Shown here: piece by piece, positions 1-10,479 of the stretch
How positions within the stretch are numbered: the stretch's first letter is position 1
Layout of the letters: each line of letters opens with the position of its first letter
Assembly (NCBI GenBank): GCA_050230475.1
Contig: JBFLGF010000004.1
Span: forward strand, 124,001 to 168,626
Reading direction: 5' to 3'
DNA length: 44,626 nt
DNA from: Ancylonema sp.
Taxonomy: Eukaryota
Notes under the pieces: model-generated
Told to the model about the DNA's origin: nothing
Database searches by the model: none
What the model saw: only the letters and a program-made list of their open reading frames with translations
Made by a program: the position numbers and the translations under genes

Positions 1-469
1 GGTTTAATAGGTTTAGAAACGTTGGTCGTTGGTGTTGTACTCAGATTGGGTTCCCATCGTGCTTTAATAAAATGCGTCTCTCTCTATACGAAAAGAAACC
101 TTCTGAAATTATGGATTCCTTATATCGGGGCTTGAGTGTATGATCCACCAGCACGATAGACAACTTATTGGAATTCTTTGTACCTTCAGAGTGTTAGCAT
201 TGACATAGTAATCACATACTCCATTTCACATTGTTGGACACAATTGACAAACCCTTTTGCTATCGTTGTGTGACACGTGGTACACAAATCTATATTATTT
301 GGCATGCAAGAAGTGTTTCACATTATTTACTATTTTACATGTCCTCCCTAAATGTTTATTGCTTGAATGTCGATTTCTTGGATTTCATCATTCAAGATTC
401 ATTAAATGATACAGTGACTTTTGCAAGTCTGTATATAATTCTCGTCCCTCATGCGTGGTCAACTCTGAT

Positions 470-570
470 GAGCCAATTCATCCTGATCCCAGACCCGAAT
501 CAGAGCCGGATCAGACCCGATTCAGATCTCCGATCTCAGAAGTCCCCCAAGTGGATCGGCTGCAACTATG
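470..570. mobile_element. Probable right end of a hAT-type element of the CATAGTTGCA-TIR family (left end probably upstream of the window)
   Basis: Ends in GCAACTATG (562-570), the same terminus as the TSD-verified MITE at 27589-27949. Preceded by subterminal CAGACCCGA/GATC repeats. No partner TIR or TSD in the window. Confidence 0.4.
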
Positions 571-1116
571 ATTTAGACTCTTATTCATAGTTGCACACAC
601 ATATCAATTGCCTCTTAATTTAAGAGGGATAGCTGCACACATATCATTCCAATTGTGCACTTGCTCCACTTTCCTCGTTCAATCACTTTGACCGTTAAAA
701 AAATGACACAACCTCGTTTGTGGATAAGTACAATAATGAGGTCAACCCTACATGCTCCCCACTCCTACCCCCTCTATGTCTCCCTTATGTACAAAGTGAA
801 TCAAGTCTATGTCTCACCAACCTACTCACTATCTTACTTATAAAGCTGTAGTGCTCCATTATTTCAATTGGTAACCCCCACATATTATAGCTCTGTACTC
901 GATTCCAGACCAGGTGAACAAATGCCCCTTAGATCTATTGCTGACTGAACCCAACACATTAAACACATTTCTACAAATGTCAGTCCTTTCTCCCCAATAT
1001 GTACAACTTTCTCCTTCTGTACTTTTCAGTCCTTTGTACACGGCAGGTGGCATTTTGCGTAAGTCGCACCTTTGGTGCTCCTTTGCACCTAACCCTACCT
1101 AGTAACTTCGGTTAGC

Positions 1117-3550
1117 CTAACCGCATGCAACTGTGGCCTGCTTCACAAATACAGATGACTGCCTCTTCCCACTCGCGTGTCCGCACTGCTGTAGAGGGGA
1201 GAGGGGGGTGCCAGCTGGAACCCCTGCTCCACACGCTATGCTACCAACTGTGGACTCCTTGACAGGTGGCAACAAATAATTCTCCAGAGTCTGGCAACAG
1301 AGGAAAAAAACATTTGAGTCACACCATCGGACAGGCAGCCTCTGTACAGGAACACCCTTCAGGACAAGAAAGGGGTACAGCAGATTTCGTTTCCCTGTAG
1401 ATTCAACCCTTCGTAAAGAAACACCCTCTATAAAGGCACTGGCTTATACCATACCAAAAAAGTGCCCTCAAATCAATTGCAGTGTCATATCACTTCCTGT
1501 GCTTGTATACAGAAGCCTTGAAGAAACATAAACTTCATTCTATGCTTTTTATAAACAACAGACAGGATTTTAAAGAACAATCTGCACCATCCAACACTTC
1601 AATCAACGTCTAATCCACTTTGCAGAAGACATCATCCTTCCAAAATCATCGCTTCACTTCGTAGCCAACATCTTACCTTGACTTCGGTCAAACACAGGTT
1701 CAAACCTGAACAGAGACATTGCCAGGAATCTCACCTTGACTGACAGCTGCGATCCATTCCTGGAGGCGCATTGCCCCGACAGCACGTGTACGGCAGATGC
1801 CACCACCACGCGGTCCCAGTAGCGTGACCCAAACTCCGTGCCTGCCAGGTGGAGGACGAACTGCGCCATGTGCTCCTCCTGTGGATACACAGAGAGTGGC
1901 AGGGCGGGGCACGTCAATATGAGGCATGTGCGTCAGACGGCCTCAGAATTGCATGAGTGCGTACTTTGGTAGGCTAGGAAGGCACTGGAGAAAGAAAAAA
2001 TACAAGCTCAACCACTCAGTTTACAGCTGGAATTCAATGTATCCACCTTCAACCAGACTGCACCAAGTATGATTCTGTCTACAGGCTTCATGCCAGATCC
2101 TTAGCACTTATTTGAGAAGGTCCTTAATGGCAAAGGACGAGAGTCGTACCTTAGACACCTCCCCCGGAATCTGCATATTTGCATCCCTGCGACATTCCCC
2201 ACCCCAACCAGAATCCAGATGCTCAGACCATGTACCGCATCAAAGCCCAAATCATGAGCCCGCAATCAATGGATGGGTAAGGAAATCCAACAGAATCTGT
2301 AGAATTCTGTGTCTCACATGTGAAGAATATGATGTCTTCAATGACGAAGGACACAGGAGTATCCAAGGAGCTCCTTACCAAAGAACTCTCGCTGAAAAGG
2401 AGGGCGAGTAGAGCGAGCATGGCAGCAGCCCCTCCACGACCTGCTGCTGACGAGTGATCATGCAGCCCTTGACGCTGCCTTGGCCCAAACCAGCCGCAAT
2501 GCAAAACTCGTCTGCGCTACTGCATCCAAAGGCAGCAACAGATCAAAATCCGTGTCAGAAAAACCCGATGGCCAAAGATTATTATGCCTCTACCTAGGTT
2601 ATACATGTCAACGGCATGTCAGTCCAGATTCTGGTGCGTAGCAGGCCCGCTGTCCGCAAATTCTATTCAGGTTGAGGCGATTCGAGTGAGCAACCACGGA
2701 TGTGGTTTAAATAAAATCTGACCTGAATGGAGTGCTTTGATTGCAAGCGAGGTAAAGGCACGTGACACCCAACACCTGGCGCTGGACGGAATCCATCCTG
2801 CGACCGGAGTGACGGCTCATCTTGAGACCAGCGTCCAGAAGGACGCTGGCCAGATACAGCACACGGGGGCCAGCTCCCACGTGCAGTGCTGCCTGCAAAC
2901 CCGAGGAAGGATCACATATTTGAGGTTAACGGCGAGGGAGTTGGTGCGGCTGAGGGACATCATTTTCATTGAGACATGGACAAAGGATGCGCGAGAAACT
3001 TATACGCATGCATATTACCGAGGATCTACACCACTTTCACGGGAGACTGATAATCGGCAGCAGAGGGGGGGACATCTGGGCGACTGACCTGAGAGAGGCT
3101 CTCCACAAGGGCTTTCCGGGCCCTCCCCTCATCTGAAGTCATAAGAAACTTCGACAGTTGCCGTTTGTCGAATGTGCTTACATCGCACCCGTCCGATGGT
3201 GACGTAGCAGCACCGGCGACTCCAGATGCGCCTCCAAATGATTGGAACCCGAGCTCGCTCCGTGCTATGGACATGTCGGCATTCTCCTCGTCGGCCAGCT
3301 CCAGAGGAGTATCGGTGTAGCAGGGTTCGGACATCTGCGTGCGTGATGGAGTCGACAGACGAACAATCACGGCAACTCTACTTGAAGTGGGCGGACTCAG
3401 AGAACCTGTAGAATCCCAGCCATCTTCGGCACAAGGAGCTTCCACACAGAAAGTGGTCGGCTGCACGCTCCAAGTGTCGTCGAAGCTATCACCAGATCCC
3501 TCCTCTGGCAACGAGATCTTTCGATTGATAATCCTTCTTTGGCTCTTCAT
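1117..3550 (-). CDS. Divergent cyclin-fold protein (possibly SOLO DANCERS/SDS-like), spliced
   Basis: GT-AG exons with consistent phases: 3550-3089, 2892-2723, 2519-2379, 2186-2150, 1878-1735, and a tentative last exon 1290-1117. Joined protein: Ser/Thr-rich N-terminus, then ARKALVESLSQ-AALHVGAGPRVLYLASVLLDAGLKM..VQRQVLGVTCLYLACN (cyclin box, cf. MRAILVDWL..ETLYLAVNLLDRFL..LQLVGVTCLLIASK), SADEFCI..ITRQQQVVEGLL..ARVLW, and EEHMAQFVLHLAGTEF..WDRVVVASAVHVLS (second fold). Start codon and 3' end are uncertain. Confidence 0.7.
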
Positions 3551-5049
3551 GCAACATCCTGACACTTGACTAATATTCTTCCCCGAACCCCTGACAGCAG
3601 ATACTCTGCACACCTTTCCCATGCCTGACAAGTTACTTCAATGACCTGATCTCCCTATCAAAGTGGTACACACACTTAGAACATCCGCTACGACCGCGCA
3701 TCCCTTTGAGCGTCTTCTGGAGATGCGCTCGACGATAAGTATATAGAGCGGCCAAGTGAAAGTTGCTCAGACAACGTTATGAAAGCGTCCTGTACATCGA
3801 GTGAACTTGATAAGTGCAGATTCCCGCTTCGGGTTTTAGTATGATCCGCCCAACTGCTCCCCTCCCAGGGAAAGGAATCTTGTTACCGAGCCAGGTCAGC
3901 TTATAGACAGACACACGTGACTGTTCGAGGCTGACTACTTACGGCCAATACCGTGATTCCGTCCTGTTGCCATCCTGTCGTCATATGGCGCGCGGGCAAC
4001 GTGGCATAAATTTTGACTGACTTTTCCACGTGGCGAAAACCACATGCAAACGATGCAGTGGTCGGACAAATGTCCGACTCTGGCAACCTGGCAAACAACT
4101 AGGAGTCCGCGTGACACATTTGTCGATTTTTGTCGAGTAGTACACCTTTCAGTGCGGTTTGGCGCACGAGCTTCTTATTGGCCTATTTGATGTCGAGCGG
4201 GACTTCTGATTCGCTTCGTTTGGATGTGGAATCATTCTCATTATTCGCCGCCGGTACAGATGCATGTTATTGCCAGGAGGACGGACCGTTGCGATCCCCT
4301 CTCATATCCTTCCAGATCCAGCGTGGCATACAACCGAATCTGCTCTCGGGTTCAGCCTCAAAGTCAAAATGTATAAACGACCTGAAGCATCAATACAATA
4401 TGCGATGCAGTTGATCGAGTGGTGCAGCTGTGTCGCTGCGACGAGAAAGGGGAAATCTGGCAGCCTACATTTCGGCGGCCGAGAGGGGCGTACGGTAAGT
4501 GAGTTTCCGTACACCAGGATGCGTACGGTACACCCTGGTACAGGGCACAGGGCACAAGGCACAGGGTACAGGCTGTGAAGTTGTAGTGTTGTGTTGTTGA
4601 GTTAGTTATCAGTGCATAGCGCACGCACTTAGTGTGTTATAACTTAGGGTGGCGGTAACCCGCATTTTTTTTTGTATGGTTTCAATATAACCCGCATATA
4701 CCCTCTAGTAACCCGAAAATACCCTATCGTACCTCTAATTGCCCCCACCGTACCCTCGAAAACCCTTGAATACCCGGAAATATCCTTAAAAACCCTCAAA
4801 TACCCGGAATAACCCTAGCATATCCTAACATACCCCTTAAATACCCGGAAATATCCCTAAAAACCATAAAATACCCGGAATAACCCTAGCATATCCTATC
4901 ACACGCCGAGGGTATTATACCCTATTAAAAGCTAAAAAAAAGGTCCCGATATTTTATATTTAAAAAAAAAAAAAAAAAAAAAAAACTAAAATTTGAGTGT
5001 TTAGAGAGTCTCTTTGTAAGACTCGCAATTGTAAAGCTTAGACGTTGTA

Positions 5050-6703
5050 TACACGAGTATTTGACGGTATCGTTGTAAACAATATGGAGCATGTCAACCA
5101 TAGTGACTCGCTCATATTTTTCTTCAGGTGAATGTAATGAAATGATAGTTATGAATCCTTTTTAAGTAGTGTTGTAATTATGATTTGATGGACACTTACA
5201 TGATGTTTGGGTGACGCTTGTATGATACTTGTGTTATGCGCGACATACAACTTGTGATTTGTTTGTTGTGATGCGCTTATTTGCCATGTCATCGATGTTA
5301 TCCCTTTTCAGACACTTGATAGTGTGAAATAGCATAGCATGCATATTATTTTCAATTGAGGCCAATAAAGATTGGAAATGAGATTGATAAATTTTTACGA
5401 ACACCCTAAATGATCCACGAGTTTCTACTATCATATTCCAGAACCTCGAATCAATAAATATATTCACAAAATAGTCATACCAAGGTAGGAACGATCATAA
5501 AAAACTATAAGAAAAGATTCATATGAGAATTAACTGCGGCATAGTTGTTTTGTGCTGAGGGGCTTCATTGTATCCGAGAAAACTGTTGCGAGGGAAAAAA
5601 TTTCTCCATCCCAATTTTCCCTTGGGAGGTACGCCCCTTGCTGGGATTTTCACTTGCGCTGGAGGAACTGTTGGCGCAGACGAACCCGCGCCGAGTGGTA
5701 TCTTGTCGAAAACACTAGGCTCACTCTCGCCAGCAATCCACCCAAAGAACTTGAATGCTGGTTGCGCCTCACCCCAGGGATGCACCGGGACGGCAAAAAT
5801 ATCTGCAAACGCCGTTTTGCAAACGCGGACGTACGGAATACGTCCACACGGCAAAAGCGTTGCAAACGTTTGCATGCAAACGTTTGCAAAACGTTTGCAT
5901 TTTGCAATCGTTTGCATTCGCAAACTTCCGCAAATTTATTCCTAGATAGGCCCCTTCCCGGCTAAGCCGTAAACCCAATATATCCGGCGGACTACCCCCA
6001 GTTTGTCCCCGTCAGTTTGTTGTATCACCATTTATATCATCATTGTCCCTGTCCCCGTCGTTTTGTCCTGTAGCACGTCCCTATTCTGTCGTGTCTTCCG
6101 TTCCACCATCGGATCTTGGCCCGTAACCCGTCTCCCGTTCGATCGCCCGTCTCCCATTCGATCTTAGATTCTGTTTGTCGTGTGTGAGAAAGAATCTTTC
6201 AGTTTTCTGAAATATCTAGCATCTGACGGGTGAGCGTCGTTCACATGCCGTCCGAATCCCCTGTTGTCAGCAGATTCTGTACACATTCACGACCGAATCT
6301 ACCTGTTTTTTTAAAAAATCCGGATACGGACATGTACGGACTGTACGAACGCAAACGTTTGCAAGCGCAAACGTTTTTGCATCCGTACAGTCCGTACCCG
6401 TTTGCCGCATTTCACGTTCGTATTCCGAACGTTTGCGAACAAATCCGTACGCCATTTGCATTTGCCAGGGCCGGCAGATTGCCCTCGGCCCCGTCCGGAA
6501 AACGTGCCGTACAGAAAACGGGCCCCGGCCCGGTGCATCACTGCCTCACCCTCACTGATTCGTTCTTCTGCGCCAATGGAATTCATGGTGGGAGCGTCCT
6601 CCTCAATGTCACCCGTCAGATCCACCACCGGGGTTGAGGCCATCACAGTGGTAGAAGCCCTCACTATTTCCTCCACTACATCTTCATTCGGCGGAACTAA
6701 CAT
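5050..6703 (-). pseudogene. Disrupted coding remnant inside the hAT element, probably transposase
   Basis: Removing the nested MITE rejoins ...EERISEGEA/QPAFKFFGW... in frame. Downstream fragments IFIDSRFW and FHYIHLKKN..MVDMLHIVYN loosely resemble hAT transposase motifs (D..FW; IHSKKRNRL..DLVYVHYN). Multiple stops and frameshifts. Confidence 0.4.
5775..6543. mobile_element. hAT MITE (769 bp) nested in the larger hAT element
   Basis: 15-bp TIR CAGGGATGCACCGGG / CCCGGTGCATCACTG (1 mismatch; start resembles the Ac TIR CAGGGATG). Perfect 8-bp TSD CCTCACCC (5767-5774, 6544-6551). Many GCAAACGTTTGC palindromic subterminal motifs. Confidence 0.92.
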
Positions 6704-7039
6704 TGCTCTTGGAGTCGGGTGAAAGCTGGAGTGGGGGCAACTTCATTTATAGGCTATATATGACAAAAAAAACCCGGAAGAACTTACCATAACCTACCGT
6801 GATGTACCCTGGAGTACCCTCAAATACCCTCAAATACCCTCATATGCCCTCAAATACCCTTAAATACCCTGGGGTATTCCGGGTATTTTCGGCTACGAGG
6901 GTTATTCCGGGTTATTGCGGGTTTTTAACCCGGTTTTTGGCTGCCGGGTTAATTGAGGGTTAAAACCACAAGGTTACGGGTTACGGGTTTCCCGGGTTGT
7001 GGGTAGACCGCCACCCTAGTTATTACCCACGCATTTTTC

Positions 7040-9193
7040 ACCGCGGTAGGTGAAGTACCATCCACGCCCAACCCTACGCACCAGCCCAACCGCATCCCAT
7101 CCGGTTGGCTTTTTCCCCACCGCATCCTAACCGCCACCCGTTTTGGAAAGTGCCACCACGGTGGGTTGCGGTTGGGCGGTTGGGAAAATGGGAAATAGTA
7201 ACGAAAAAAGCAAAACTTCAAAAGTTGGGTGCAAAATTGAAATTTAGAACGACAATTTTAAGAACCACGTCACACCAAAATCGAACCATCGAAGTTAGAT
7301 GCCGAAACCAGGAGTATATATGTTGGATAACATTGACAATCTGTCAATCACCGAGTTTAAAGTGTGAGCGGTCAAGTTGCGGATGTTGGAGTGCGGAGCT
7401 CGACGTGTGGTGTCGTGCAATATCTGTATTGGTTAGACGTCTGTTGTTTGTTCAGTCTATAGTACTCGTTTTAAGAAATGTTTTGGTGAAGAAATCAAGT
7501 GATTTGAAGAAGTATTGAGGGAGCGGTGAACTTTAGAAGTTCTGAGTACGTGGCAGAATTTAGCGTACGGACAGAATCTTTGAAAGCGTCTCTCGATAGA
7601 TGTCATCTGGGTCCGATTGGACCGATTCTTGCTTGTTGTGACGTGGTTCAGAAAAGGAGCAGGTGTCGTGCAGGTTTAGAGATGTGTGGAAAGTGTCATT
7701 GGTGTATTTGTTGCCACGTTCGGCTGAGATGCGGAGGTGTCGAATAATAGTGACGGTGTTCAATATTATATGAGGTGTACTAGTTGAAGGGCTGCCATGT
7801 GTCGAGATAGAGGTGATGAGATACTGGACAGGAGTAGAGATACTTGTTTGCGGCTGTATGCCAAGATATATTTGTAAGACTACATATGGCTGAAATACGC
7901 CAACAAGTAATAATCTGATTTTGAGGCAGTTTCTCACGTATTCTCGATGAGCGTCGTCTTTGGATGAATGTGATTGAATCATTTATCTTTTGATAGAATT
8001 ATCGAAATGCAGTTCAGCATGTATTTTTCTCACAATATATATGGGAAGGCTTCTCAATTTTGATACACATTCTTGTGACGTCTTCTTCTACCTCTACCCC
8101 ACAACCTCCGGCCCTACAAGTACCCTTGGCCCTACCTCTAAACCTCGCCGTCCAAATGTTTGTGGATTGTGGAGCACGAGAAAGAGCACACTCTCAATAT
8201 GAAATATTTAAATTTTAGGTTTTGAAATAAGGTTATATTTCGATGCATGGACGAGGAAGCAACATTATTATATGCACTCTACTGCAATGGCGGTCGGGAG
8301 GGAACTCTAGTTTTGTTTTTAAATAAGATGATTGTGAGATTATAATATGTTTGAGTGTCAAATATATGATCACAGGTTGGCTCGAAATACTATTTATGTC
8401 GGAAAGATATCGGAGCACCGGGTTTTAGCTTTGGTGAAGTAAAAGTTAGTCAGTTGACAATTCTTATTAAGAATTGTCCACGCAATAAGATTAACGATTC
8501 AGCCCACTGTGGTAACTCGAAGACAATATGAAGTGGGTTTTCATTTAATGTTGTGGACAAGGCTTTTTACTTGTTTAATTATTGTAGAGTAAACAACACA
8601 TATGACAATGTGGTCACATTGTTATAATGCCCCCTTGTAATCCCCCAGGTGAGCGCTATTAAATTGTAGAGAAGTTTGGAAAAAGAAATGAAATTGGAAT
8701 TTTCGAGTGTGGTATAATGATGTATTTGTTTAACATAATCGTTACAAACATAAACGCGTACACAACCTCAATCAATATGTGATGACTAAAAAACGAGCAC
8801 GTGAAAAGGAATAATTAGCTAAAGGAACAAAAAGGTAGTTGAAAAGGACCCTGTCACATATGTTTTGAAGATACATAAATTATTAACTTTGAAAACAAGT
8901 ATGTGCACCGTACTCTATGTCACCTAGTTCTTGATAAAGAGAGGGAGGATAAAGAAAAGTTCCAAAAAAAAAAAAAAAAAAAAAAAAAACTATTATAAAG
9001 ATATTCCCAACCGCACCCGACCGCCATCCAACCGCACCCAACCGCAACTCAACCGCCCCAACCGCATCCCAACCGGGTGGGGGGTGGCCAACCGGGTGGG
9101 AGTTGGCTTACGGTTGGCCAAACGCCACCCGGGCGGGCCAACCGTTACCTTTATGAGCGCGGTCGGGGTTGGCCACCACGCGATTGCGCGGTT
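7040..9193. mobile_element. Putative decayed DNA transposon with CCAACCGC subterminal repeat blocks
   Basis: CCAACC(G)C/GCGGTTGG clusters at ~7068-7180 and ~9007-9193 bracket ~1.8 kb of AT-rich sequence. No convincing TIR or TSD found. Confidence 0.35.
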
Positions 9194-9317
9194 GGCCTGT
9201 CATGCCGCTAGAGATCGTTAGAAAGTAAAGTCTTTTTAATTTTCGATCCGCTTGAAAAATAACAATTTTGGTAATTGTTACCTTTCACTTTTAAGTGCCC
9301 ACACTTCACCCCCGGCC

Positions 9318-9768
9318 TACTATAAGCTTTTGAGTGATTAGACGTGCAGAATAATTTGGTGGGCGACAAAACGAACCGTACGCAAAAGGATCTCTAACAC
9401 TGATGATCAACGAGACAGGATTTGCGAGTGTGGAACGAATTATTATTGTGATTGCATCGGGGATGGTAATACCCGATGCGCTTTACAGATTGTTGTGTGC
9501 CGACGGTCGGCACAATTGACCGTCGGCCTATCATTGAACTGACAACAGCTCTTCTACATGTCAACGGCACATGCCGATTTCTGACACGACTAAACAAGCC
9601 AATCACGACACGTCAAACAAATAACGTCTCTAAGCGTCGGCAACATGTCAGGTGCCCGGACATAAACTTGCCCGGCCCCGCATATAAGCACATCTAGGAA
9701 TATTGCTCCCGGTTAGAGTAACCGGTCACAACTGGACTAGCAAGCATAACATATGGCTATCCAAAATA
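9318..9768 (-). repeat. Copia-1 LTR, 3' copy (inner end interrupted)
   Basis: Aligns to 15506-15992, from TACTATAAGC to GGCTATCCAAAATA. Lacks the final TTCCAACA of the other copy. Confidence 0.88.
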
Positions 9769-9920
9769 GGGGCCGCTACCCCCTCGGATGCCATGCTAAA
9801 GTTGGCATAGATGTAGACATCAAAAGGGTACCGAAGTCATTGCCGAATCATGGCAGAACCATTGCATAGCATATAAAGCAGTTTTGGTCTTCCCTAGCAT
9901 ACACGCGTGCTAGGGGGCCC
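9769..9920. mobile_element. Possible small MITE interrupting the end of the Copia-1 LTR
   Basis: Imperfect 10-bp inverted ends GGGGCCGCTA / TAGGGGGCCC, flanked by TA on both sides. Starts exactly where LTR homology stops. Confidence 0.35.
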
Positions 9921-10479
9921 TATCTACAACTGCAGCCGTTTCGGAAGCCGATCGGAACTCCATGAAGGTCGAACGCTCCAGATCCTTAGTCGTTTTTCAG
10001 GCCGAAAGCCCCTAAACATACAAACAAATACCACAAGTTAGGCGAAAAACAAAAAAAACTTAAGAATATATTTTTGATTTTTTAACTTTTTCAACTTCAT
10101 GATTCTGAAAATTTTACACTTTCCAGTCAGAAAAATCTCAAAACAGCATAACTTCAAAATTACCTCTTACCACACCCTCTCAGCACCAACTTTTGACACA
10201 AGTTTTGCAACCATGATTAAGACATACATTCGAAAATTCAGAACAAACTGACAAGTTTAAAGTTGAGCAGATCCGCACTTTCTGATATTAAAGTGTCCTT
10301 AAGTGTCCTTATTTCAAGTGTTCTTTTAAAGGTATTAAGGTAAGAGTTTGACTTAGCTGGATGAGCTGAAGTTGTTGTACCCTCCCCATTACTTCTGCAT
10401 GAAAGAAACATAACAACACACCCCCTGCCAACATGCATGGCATTCGACTGATAATAAAAATAAAAGAAAGGACTGACAC

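Larger units (their letters stand above)
4645..7018. mobile_element. Non-autonomous/decayed hAT DNA transposon (~2.37 kb)
   Basis: TIR TAGGGTGGCGGT (4645-4656) / ACCGCCACCCTA (7007-7018). Flanks GTTATAAC(T) and GTTATTAC form an imperfect 8-bp TSD. Dense subterminal TACCCGGAA / AAATACCCTC repeats at both ends. Confidence 0.75.

Noticed and set aside
7500..8420. Transposase ORF inside the CCAACCGC-flanked region
   Set aside because: Only vague motif resemblance in broken frames; needs a translated HMM search.
4615..9212. TIR pair CATAGCGCACG / CATGCCGCTAG enclosing both DNA-transposon regions
   Set aside because: Short, imperfect match with no TSD.
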